This document shows, piece by piece, positions 53,701-64,000 of a stretch of DNA of 64,000 nt; the first letter of the stretch is position 1, and each line of letters begins with the position of its first letter. The translations under genes and the position numbers were made by a program. The DNA lies in the NCBI GenBank assembly GCA_012295275.1, contig CM022673.1:21452001-21516000 (forward strand), written 5' to 3'. The notes under the pieces are model-generated. The model was not told where the DNA came from, did not search any database, and was given only the letters and a program-made list of their open reading frames with translations. Source of the DNA: Chrysomallon squamiferum (Eukaryota; Animalia; Mollusca).

Positions 53701-55026
53701 GTTTAAATTGTTTTCAGTGCTGCAGATCAGGCATGGGCTATGTTACAGAAGTATTTAGAATTATATGAAGACAAAACAGCTAAATATCATAGGTGCACTG
53801 CAGAAAAACTGCTGTCTCATGGATTTACACTGCCAACATGGTTTGTCAATCGCTACAAGGTAAAAGTCTTTTACTGTGTTTTTCAAATATTTTGTCTGTT
53901 TTATGCATTGATTCATCAATATAATTTTAAGCTGTCTATTCTTAGCTAATTTTAATGGAATTAAAAATTTGGGCACAGTTTGCTTTAACTTACCACAGGT
54001 GTGGTAAATTTTAATGGAAATTTGACTAATGTATAATATAAAATTTTTACAAAAAATTCCATATAATATATTTTTAATGGGCTGTTAATACTGCTATACT
54101 GTAACAGTATAAATATTAACCAGTTTTACTGGACATCCATTAAAGCCAATCTTCAGCTGTTTTGTCAGTAATATTGTAATAAACCTTATTATTATTCAAC
54201 CGAATAGCTTTCTATTTTTTATGCTGGGTCTGGTTAAACATTCATTCTTTTAATTATGTATTTATAAAGACTTGACCTTTATTCCTTTAGAGTTTGAATG
54301 CAGCAGAACTGCTAAGGCTATACATAGATTATGATTTGTTGGAAGAGGCCCACTCACTCAGCATAGAGTTTATTGATGCTGTATCAGATTCATTACATGG
54401 AATAGAAAGCAAACTATTCAGCTTAAAAGTAAGTGAACTGATAATGACTATCAGCAGAAAAGGTTACAGTTATGATTGCATAATACAAAAAAAATGTTAA
54501 TCACATAGCTTCTAAAATGAGTTAAATAAATGGGATAAAAATTAATTTGCATACATTTTAATCTGTTGAAAGATCGGCGACAAAATAAATTATTCACTTG
54601 CTATAAACAGTTATTTGTAATTTTTGAAATAGAACTTCTGTTAGATAGACATTTTTATCACATGAAATTTTATATAATAGGGGTATATACATCATATTCC
54701 ACTAGAGGTGTGGCTTCCTTACGTAAGCATTGACCAGCTACTTGCAGCTATAAAAGACCATCAGGATGATCCAACTTTTAAAAAAGTAAGTATGTTCTGT
54801 TGGTGTATTACATTTAGTAATAAATGCTGCTTAAATTTTTTTAATGTCTTACAATTAGTATTGGTTGTTGTCTAAAGTTCTTTTGACATCACAGAATTAG
54901 TTTGGCTTTAGAATGTGCATTCAAGGTTACTTATTTTTCTTTCAGATGTTTGAAGACTTAACAGAGAAAATTGGCACATATCATAGGTTACTACAAAACA
55001 TTTCAAACAACATGCATGAAGCATGA
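39568..55026 (+). CDS. NUP160: Nuclear pore complex protein Nup160
   Basis: More than 30 exons from ATG 39568 (MAENLSTHLHREV) to TGA 55024-55026. Motifs GGYSYKDSG..NRYIYW, VELVEESLDVNI, LVATVASVHRLVFPHP, CRDHKLRLWS, LWPVGDFLFPGFL..CQY, RKDCLRQLLVVLCER, LENRARSVDLATHNYYNLLYSFH, LRLVKPEYAWIVKP, ILELADIEKEFML, LPTWFVNRYK, NAAELLRLYIDYDLLEEA, VWLPY. Confidence 0.96.
47677..47762. repeat. (CT)n microsatellite
   Basis: Directly visible. Confidence 0.95.
48784..49071 (+). other. U12-type (minor spliceosome) GT-AG intron of NUP160
   Basis: 5' site GTATCCTTT at 48784; branch site TTTTCTTTAAC 49051-49061, 10 nt from the end of the intron (AG 49070-49071), no polypyrimidine tract; splicing gives AKVL-WPVG in frame. 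Confidence 0.93.
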
Positions 55027-56766
55027 TATTGCATTTCGTTTATAAACTGTTTGATGACAAGTATTATTTTGTTAATCAAACTTCAGACTTAGCTACAGCA
55101 AAAGAATTGTCATCCATTTCATTCTTCATCTGTATAAAACATTTTGTTCACCTTATGACATTTTTTATATTTTTAAATTTAATACAGTCTTTAAAATTTA
55201 ATATGAAATTGGTTTGTATCAGTAATGTATTAAAGTTGGATGGATTTTATTTATTATTAATTTCTTCTTTTTTTTCTTTTTTTAATACTGACATTTTAAT
55301 TTTGAAAAAAAAAAAATATATAAATAAAACAAATTATTATAATAATTATTTTTTCTCCTTTAATTTAGTCTGTCAAGGCAGAAAAAACAGAATTTGGAAC
55401 AAGTAACCAAGTATTTCTTTAAAAATAAAGGTTTCTTTTTTAAATGTATACATATTTATAAATTTAAATAAAATAAAAATAAATAAACAAACAAACAAAA
55501 AAAAAAACCCACAAAAAAGATGAAACACCAAAATCAAAATCAAATACACATACAAATATTTTTTAAGAATATAAAAAAGAACAAATATCTCTAGCTATTA
55601 ATGTAGTTTATTTCTGCTGGTATTATTTACTCAAGAAAAAAATAACAAATGTTCATAAAATCCTAATTAAATTGGGTTAATAACAGATTAAACTGACATT
55701 GATGGTGTAGTTATTTTTAATGAAATTCTTTCTTATAAAAAAAGAAGAAAAAAGTAAAGAATTAGAAGCAAAAGCCTGTAGTAGTTTGTTTTGTAAATAT
55801 CTATTTAATCTTATTTTATTCTTTGTATTTGTTTCTTCTGAAAGGCATTGAATATAGTAAACATTAAAATATTGTTATAAATCAGAAACAAAATAATAAT
55901 TATGGTAAAACAAATATAAAAAAAAAAAAGAAAAACAGCTATTTTTAACATTAACAAATGTATAAATAATCAACATTTTGTAAAGATGTTCATTACAATA
56001 TATTGGTTTGCAAAATACAACACTAAACTATATGCAAATAATTCTAAACGGATATTTCTTAAATAGGAAAATGTTATAACCAAAGCTATTAAGTCCAGCT
56101 ACTTCAAAATATGATTATTATTATTACAAATGTAAAAAAAAAAAAAAAAAAAAAGAAACAAAAAAAAAAAAAAAAAAATGATATAAATAAAATATTTTTT
56201 GACTGTTACATTCAAACACATTTTTGGTAAAGCTTGATACAAGGACATTACAATTTCTCATATGTCAGCAATACTTCTGATTCTTGCACAATAAATATTT
56301 GTAGCAGAATGTTTCAAAACTAATGAAAATAATGTAACAGTCATTCGGTTTGTCATCTATATTGAAGAAAATTTGGTGTTTTGTTTGACATAATTGTAAT
56401 ATGAGAGCTTTTGTTTTCTAAAACATTTACATGAATAAATATCTACCTCATTATTCTTATTTATCTTGTTAAATCTTGACATTCAGACATTTACTTTCAG
56501 ATACACAAATAAACACTCCAAATCTTACATACTACCCTTGTTAATTGTTGTAATTCAGGTCAGATCTATATTTCATCATTTACACCAGCACTGCTTGATG
56601 TTTTAAAAGTGTAATACAGACTGACATCACCACATCATGTAAAACCACACAAGACTGAAAATGGTTACACACTAGAAAAGTTGAATTGCAACTGAAGTGC
56701 TTTTTCTTTTCAGCTGCACAAATCCAGTGTTTGGTTTTAATATTAGTTGTATAGGATTTTTCTTTT

Positions 56767-59184
56767 TCAATAATATGGACTGTACTTGATAAGAAAGTCC
56801 TGCAAAAATAACATTAAAAGATTATCCAATAAAATTAATTTAATGAAAAAAGAAAAAGAAAAAGGAAAAAAGAAAAGGAAATAAAACAAAAATAAATTGT
56901 TTATCAGCAATAATCAAAGTATCAGAGAAATGATATAGATTTCATCTACATAATTTAATCAATAGCAGTCACAGTCCTTTAAATAACATCATTACCTTGT
57001 CATTACTTGTGCCAACATATGATTTAAGAAAATGAATATATCTAGCTCCAAATTCAAAAACTGTTGCTTTATCGGTCTTGTCTGTCATGCCAGGCACAAG
57101 AAATCTCATTAAATCACATGCCTCTTTGATTCTTGCTCTGAAAATAAGTATTCTTGAAGGATTTAAAGATTTTTAAATCTTAAAAACATAGCTTACTCCA
57201 TTCCTTCATTATAAACAAAAAAATGTTTACGTAAAAAATACTTAAATGAAAAAAGAAAACATTGATTTTAAAATGAAATAGTTAATCAAATTTGAAAAAT
57301 ACATTTGATTAAAATCCAGTTTAGTCAATTATTTACAAAGAATGATGACTATTCAGGATTAAAAAAAGAAATGTTTATACAATACCTCCTTTTGCGTTCC
57401 TTAATGTTATGACTTTCTCTTCCATGAATTTCATCAAAACTAGATTCAGCACTACTTGGTCTATTTTTGGGAGAATTAATCAGACAATGAGGAACCAGTC
57501 TCTCATTCTGAGAACTCCCTTGAGCGACTGGAGTTGCATCAGCACTGGTTTCAGGGCTGGTTTCTTCACCACTACTATTTAAATTCAACAACTGTGGCTT
57601 GACCTTTTAAAAAAATGTTTCCTTTATTTAGTTACTACAGATATTTTGAAATTACTTTTTAATCTTGTTACAAATAATAAACTAATTTCAAGAAAAGTTA
57701 GCGTTCATCTGAATACACTTTACAAGATGATGTGTTTCAGGCAAAAGACATTTTGTAAATATGACACTTACCACAGTTGGTGTGAATGTCAAATTATTTT
57801 GAGTAGATGACAACAAAGAATATTTTGGTTGCAGAATATTTGGGGATTGTAAACCTAAGTCTTCTGCAAATACCAACTGTCCTGCTCTAGCGTGTGTTGT
57901 ATATATGACTTGTGGTCCCACAATTCTTCCTGACAAAGCATTTGATTCCAACTGTTCAGTGATGTTATCTGGTGTTATTTTCACAAGAGTATCTGTATTT
58001 ACTGTTGAAATGGAGCTACTAGCACTAACTGACTCAGCATCTATAACTTGTTTGGCTGTTTCTCTTGCTGCCATCTCTGATCTTTCTTGTGATGGTAAAT
58101 TTTCATATCTAACAAATAAATGTAACTGAAATGATTTTAGTTTAAAAAAAAAAAAAGTATAACGAGCTTGTTCTTTTAAAAACTATTAATCTACTTTATC
58201 ACACTTGCAGGCAAATTAATAAACTGAAAATAATTATTTTATTAAATGGGGAACACTTTTGAGGGATTCTTTTACTGGATAAAACTGTAATATACTGTGT
58301 TTTGTTTGTAAATACTTTTGGAATAAATATGTACGTATCAGTTTAATAATGATAAATGAAAAATGAAAAATGAAAAAACATGAACAAAGAAATATTTAAA
58401 ATATTATTAAAATCATAAACTTTCCAAAATTTTCATGTACTTTTCTGTAGCAAATAATGATAAAATTGCCAACGTACGAGCTGAATGTTTCTGTGTGTGC
58501 TGCGGAAAACGGGGTAACTTGTTCTTCTGATTTACTGGAATCTTCCTCTTCATTATTATTAATACTTCCTAAATCAGTATATTCATTTTTACTGTTTACA
58601 CCAAGCTCTTCACTGGCAGTTTTTGAAGCTGACGCAGAAGTACAGGGAATCCGTAGACTTGGTTTCAGATCATTAATACCCTGTGTGGGAGACAGATTTT
58701 GAATGTTTGAAAATAACACTTGTTTTTCTCCATCTTTTGTGACAGAATCTGAACTTGATGCTAAACTGATGGATGGAAATACTATGCAATACGGTGTTTG
58801 TACATTTTTAAAGCAGTTATCAATGGGGAAAACAGAAAACCCAGAATCGGCAGAATCGGCAGAGTCACCCAGTCGCCTACTTTTTCTAGCCTGACACTGA
58901 GCGTCCGCGTTTTGTTCTGTATTTTCAATCTCTGAAACATCAGCTAAATTTCTTTTTCTTCCATTCGATTCTGATAGATTATTTTCTTTATCAAACGGCA
59001 TAAATTCTTTATGGTGCTCTAATTTATTCGGTGAATTAAGTGTACTGTCAGCAGTCGTATCTGTCAAATCAATTTCTACAAAAGATTCTGAAACGGTGCT
59101 ATCATTTGATAAACTGGTGAGAAAATGTTTAGGAAAACTCACTGAAGTTTCTGAAACTGATGAGCATTCCGTTGAACTGTTCAT
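56767..59184 (-). CDS. Class B bHLH transcription factor, TCFL5/SOHLH-like, with a long acidic Ser-rich N-terminus
   Basis: Exons 59184-58478, 58108-57772, 57603-57386, 57137-56996, 56799-56767. bHLH RESHNIKERKRRARIKEACDLMRFLVPGMTDKTDKATVFEFGARYIHFLK, then a short tail NDKDFLIKYSPYY*; no leucine zipper. Confidence 0.85.
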
Positions 59185-59309
59185 TCTTTGCTTTTTAACC
59201 TTCGAAAATTTCCAATTTCCAATTTTAGAACATGTTACTATACTTTGTCTTTGCACGGTTTGTTGAAAAGAAATGATCGCGGTGTCAACGAGAAGGTTGC
59301 GTCTGCTTT

Positions 59310-59348
59310 CGCGTGTGATGTCACCATCACGTGATCGTTGCCGGAAAT
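59310..59348. promoter_or_regulatory. E-box and ETS motifs upstream of the bHLH gene
   Basis: CGCGTG 59310-59315, palindromic ATCACGTGAT 59326-59335, CCGGAAAT 59341-59348 in a CpG-rich patch. Confidence 0.55.
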
Positions 59349-59425
59349 ATTTGTAATTTTATTTATTTATCTTTTTACTATTACCACTGCTAGCTAGCCA
59401 AAAAAAATAAAAAAAAAAAAAAAAA

Positions 59426-59473
<48 letters not shown>

Positions 59474-59955
59474 CAGAAGGAAATATATTCAGTTAATTAT
59501 AACATAGAAATTGTGTTATAATCAGTATTAATTCAATACCAAAGGTTACCGTTTTATTTCACTTTTCTTAACAAAACTATAAATCAACAAACAACAGCAA
59601 CAAAATGTTTATAAATAAATAAAATAAATAAATAAAAAGAATAAGACGTAAAAAGTTGGGTCATTTTCATAGAAAAAAAAAAAAAATAAAATAAAATAAA
59701 TAAATTAAAAAAGATATTACCGAGGCCAGTTTTTATAATGTATTTGCATATTATACAGAATCTCAGATAAAAAACAAAAACTGAAAATTTAAAATTTTTA
59801 ATTTATAAACCGGTTTAATCCAAGACAAAAATTAAATGTTTACATCTATAAAACTGCTGAATGGTTTGTGTGTATGTGTGTACAGGGCCCACAGTATAAT
59901 GCAGACAGGGTTACAAGGGACAAAGTACCTGGAAACTCCTTATTATATCAATTTC

Positions 59956-60064
<109 letters not shown>

Positions 60065-60248
60065 ATTACAATATAAATTTCATGTATATAAATTATTGTA
60101 AATTAGCCTTAATTATGAATTTAATTTCTGAAGTCTTTTTGCTAAAGGAATCCATAATGTTTTTGGTAATAAGTTTAGCCGGAAAACATGACATTGTAAA
60201 ATAATATTAAAACAAAAAGTTCTGTAAAAGAAATGATCACGATCTCTC

Positions 60249-63200
60249 TTAGTTGCTGATGGAAGCTATAGCTGACAGTGCAAACAGTATGGTCAGATCC
60301 ATTCGTATAATTTCGTTTCCAGAATCTAAAAAAATAAAATTATTATAATGAAACATAGCCAACTTTCAATTTCTGGGATATGAAAGCTTAACTGAACCAG
60401 GCTTTAATGTTATCATGAAAATAGATCCTGAAATCGTAAACAAAATTTAAAAATTTGTAAATTTAACTTTCTTAATTTTTTTTTTTATTAGATACAGTTT
60501 TATAACAAAATATTTAAACAAACTTCATTAAAAGATTAATGATGGATTTTTGAACTGTAAGAACAATGTGACAGTCAGTCAAATCATGAAATCGAGTAGT
60601 GTAAATTTGTAGAATATTGGCTAGCTGATTATCTCTATGTCCGTCCATCTTCCGTCCGTCTTCTGTCCGTCTATCTAATTATATATACTCTGAAGACCCA
60701 ACAATAAAATAACAAGTTACCAAGATTATATTTCTCACCATGGCCTTTGGTCTTCTTGGGTGCAGTAGAAACGTGTTTAGTTTCTGTTGCTGTCGTAATG
60801 TATGTGTTTGTCGCTGCTGGAATTATAAATAAATTTCAAGATATTAAAACAACAGCAAACAACAAAACCTCCCGAAACATATACACGTAGTCATATATCG
60901 ACGTACTTTTATACCTACATAAATAATTAACATACACATATGCACGAAATTCACATATCTTATACACCCAAACTAAATAAATTCATAAAAAAAATAAACT
61001 CCGGTACTTTTTAAAAAGAGGGAATATTGGTATTTACTAATATCTCCTTATTTATTATAAAAGAAATTAGTTAAAATTACAAGCTGGGTTGTTATAATAG
61101 TTTATAATCAGAACCATAAGCTATTATTACTATAACATCACCATCACGACTGCTACTATTACTGTTACATAAATTTTATCTGCTTCCCATCATGACTTAC
61201 CAGTTATCCTTGTAGTTGATGTTGTCGTTTTTAAAAACAAAAAAGTAAATATCAGAAGGCCGCTTCTTTATTTATTTATTTATTTATTTAGTTAGTTAAT
61301 TAGTTAGTTGTTATCAACATCATTATTTATTTATTTGTGTAATATCTGTATTTTTGATATTCATAAATTTAATACAAATAATTTGTTCACTGTTACAATA
61401 ACACCATACCGACAAGAAGATGTAATATAAACTATGAAACAATTACCAGTAAAAATGTGATAATGCTGTTTCATTTTTGTTGTTGTTGTTGTTTTTTGTT
61501 TTGTTTTTTCGCACTTGTCTCTCGGTTCATACATTGATTCTTAGCATAAAATAACATACATATACATACATACATACATACATACTATATACATATATGC
61601 CATATCATAATATACAGAACTATACCATTCCATGCCATACTATGCCTTATCCATACCATAGCATACACAGATACATTCACCTATTAAGATGGAAATACGT
61701 AAACTGCTTCATCATCAAACTTTTTATCAAGTGATCTCTCTACCCAGCTATACGCTAATAAAATATACAACAAACCAAAGTTACATAAAACTTTTTATCA
61801 AGTGATCTCTCTACCTAGCTATACGCTAATAAAATATACAACAAACCAAAGTTACATAAAACTTTTTATCAAGTGATCTCTCTACCTAGCTATACGCTAA
61901 TAAAATATACAACAAACCAAAGTTACATAAAACTTTTTATCAAGTGATCTCTCTACCCAGCTATACGCTAATAAAATATACAACAAACCAAAGTTACATA
62001 AAACTTTTTATCAAGTGATCTCTACCCAGCTATACGCTAATAAAATATACAACAAACCAAAGTTACATAAAACTTTTTATCAAGTGATCTCTCTACCTAG
62101 CTATACGCTAATAAAATATACAACAAACCAAAGTTACATAAAACTTTTTATCAAGTGATCTCTCTACCCATACGCTAATAAAATATACAACAAACCAAAG
62201 TTACATAAAACTTTTTATCAAGTGATCTCTCTACCCAGCTATACGCTAATAAAACATACAACAAACCAAAGTTACATAAAACTTTTTATCAAGTGATCTC
62301 TCTACCCAGCTATACGCTAATAAAATATACAACAAACCAAAGTTACATAAAACTTTTTATCAAGTGATCTCTCTACCTAGCTATACGCTAATAAAATATA
62401 CAACAAACCAAAGTTACATCCGTGTGTTTGAGTCAGGTTGTGCTAGTGTTGTTTAATGGTGCGTTATGCATGACGTCGAGTAGTGTAAATTTGTAGAACG
62501 TTGGCTAGCTGATTATCTCTATGTCCGTCCATCTTCCGTCCGTCTTCTGTCCGTCTATCTAATTATATATACTCTGAAGACCCAACAATAAAATAACAAG
62601 TTACCAAGATTATATTTCTCACCATGGCCTTTGGTCTTCTTGGGTGCAGTAGAAACGTGTTTAGTTTCTGTTGCTGTCGTAATGTATGTGTTTGTCGCTG
62701 CTGGAATTATAAATAAATTTCAAGATATTAAAACAACAGCAGCAACAACAAAACCTCCCGAAACATATACACGTAGTCATATATCGACGTACTTTTATAC
62801 CTACATAAATAATTAACATACACATATGCACGAAATTCACATATCTTATACACCCAAACTAAATAAATTCATAAAAAAAATAAACTCCGGTACTTTTTAA
62901 AAAGAGGGAATATTGGTATTTACTAATATCTCCTTATTTATTATAAAAGAAATTAGTTAAAATTACAAGCTGGGTTGTTATAATAGTTTATATCAGATAT
63001 ATACTTACTCGTATCACATCTGTTGTCTGAGATAAGAGTGACAATATGCTGTTGAACTATCGAGTATGATTTGATGTCGCAAACAACCTTGACTGTTTCC
63101 TCCAAACAACTGTTGTAAACTGGAATCATCCTTGGTAAAGAAACTACACATTAGGTGTTTCAGTCAAACGCGAAATGTGTCTAATCTGTTTAGATTAGAA

Positions 63201-63539
63201 TTATTATTTAAAATATTATAATATTTGAGAATATAAATTTCGTGATCATAAATGTCTCGTTCTCTCATTCTCTCATTATCTATCTGTCCATCCATCCAAA
63301 AATCCTTGCATTTATCCATAAACCTGTTTATCTTTCTCTCTCCACTTCATTTTCATCCTCTCTGTCTCTCGTTCTTTATTCATCCATCCATCTATTTTTT
63401 TTTTTTTTTTTTTTTTATAAACTTTATTTTCATAAAAACATTTACATACACAAATAATCTACTTACAAACATATATTTGAAGATTCCGTTGTTAGCAGTG
63501 ATAACTTGCAGTCGTTGAAACGTTGAAAGCATGCAGCAC
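60249..63539 (-). CDS. Putative GPI-anchored protein with a Cys-rich RGM_N/neuritin-like domain and Thr-rich stalk; 5' exon(s) not seen, probably beyond the window
   Basis: Phase-compatible GT-AG exons 63539-63467 (AACFQRFNDCKLSLLTTESSNICL), 63130-63009 (MIPVYNSCLEETVKVVCDIKSYSIVQQHIVTLISDNRCDT), 62700-62623 and 60816-60739 (ATNTYITTATETKHVSTAPKKTKGH twice), 60325-60249 (DSGNEIIRMDLTILFALSAIASISN*). Confidence 0.75.
60592..61106. repeat. About 515-bp direct duplication, copy 1 (contains the stalk exon)
   Basis: Nearly identical to 62476-62992 (offset 1884). Confidence 0.96.
61717..62419. repeat. 71-bp minisatellite, about 10 copies, intronic
   Basis: Unit AACTTTTTATCAAGTGATCTCTCTACCCAGCTATACGCTAATAAAATATACAACAAACCAAAGTTACATAA; two copies carry small deletions. 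Confidence 0.97.
62476..62992. repeat. About 515-bp direct duplication, copy 2 (contains the stalk exon)
   Basis: Nearly identical to 60592-61106. Confidence 0.96.
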
Positions 63540-64000
63540 CTGAAAATCGAAACAAATTGATTCCGTTTGCATGACCGATAGAAATGTGTATTTTTCATAA
63601 ATATATATTTGGTGTAAGGTATAAATAGCCTACATTCATAGTATATATTTTTTTAGTTTGCTAGCGAAAAATCTTTGATAATAATCAAATTTAAAAGTGA
63701 TGAAACACAGTCATTAATACTGGAAGCTGATAAAAGTATTTTTCGTTGAATCACATTGTTAAATTAATTAGTTAGATTGATAATATGATAAGTTTGCAGT
63801 GATGTATAAGTTTATTTTTTTATTTACATTTCAGTGTTAGGTCGACGATTATTCACGATATTACTGTATTACTGTCATCATCTAGTCAAAGAACAAGTAA
63901 AATGTAAGGATCTGAACTGCACTGTGTTTTTAGCATATTTCTAAAAATTAATATGAACGTTTTGTTACAGATGACACACGCACACACACACACACAATGA

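Noticed and set aside
55023-55555. ORFs immediately downstream of NUP160
   Set aside because: AT-rich 3' UTR/intergenic sequence with F/I/K-biased translations and no homology cues.
59185-59256. N-terminal extension of the bHLH ORF from 59256
   Set aside because: Begins at GTG; the first ATG is at 59184.

Overview
AT-rich, intron-containing animal genomic DNA with dense microsatellites. Gene content and repeat style suggest a lophotrochozoan, probably a gastropod mollusc (inference). Most entries in the ORF track are microsatellite or intron artefacts; genes were rebuilt by hand from splice sites and reading frames. Seven protein-coding loci: (1) 3' part of a reprolysin (M12B)/ADAMTS-like gene on +; (2) a complete paralog on - (4963-19990), tail-to-tail with the first, both lacking TSP1 repeats and ending in four PLAC-like modules plus a hydrophobic tail; (3) ZnT1/SLC30A1-type zinc exporter on -, with two candidate first exons, each behind a near-identical inverted pair of metal response elements; (4) U1-C/SNRPC on -; (5) NUP160 on +, with a U12-type intron and a 12-nt microexon; (6) a TCFL5/SOHLH-like bHLH gene on -; (7) a gene on - missed by the ORF track, encoding a small Cys-rich helical domain resembling the RGM N-terminal/neuritin domain, a Thr-rich stalk lengthened by a recent exon duplication, and a GPI-type signal. 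Also present: 52-bp and 71-bp minisatellites, SINE and DNA-transposon relics, and a strand-asymmetric GC-rich hairpin with an upstream promoter-like motif cluster, antisense within the 6.5-kb first intron of the protease gene.
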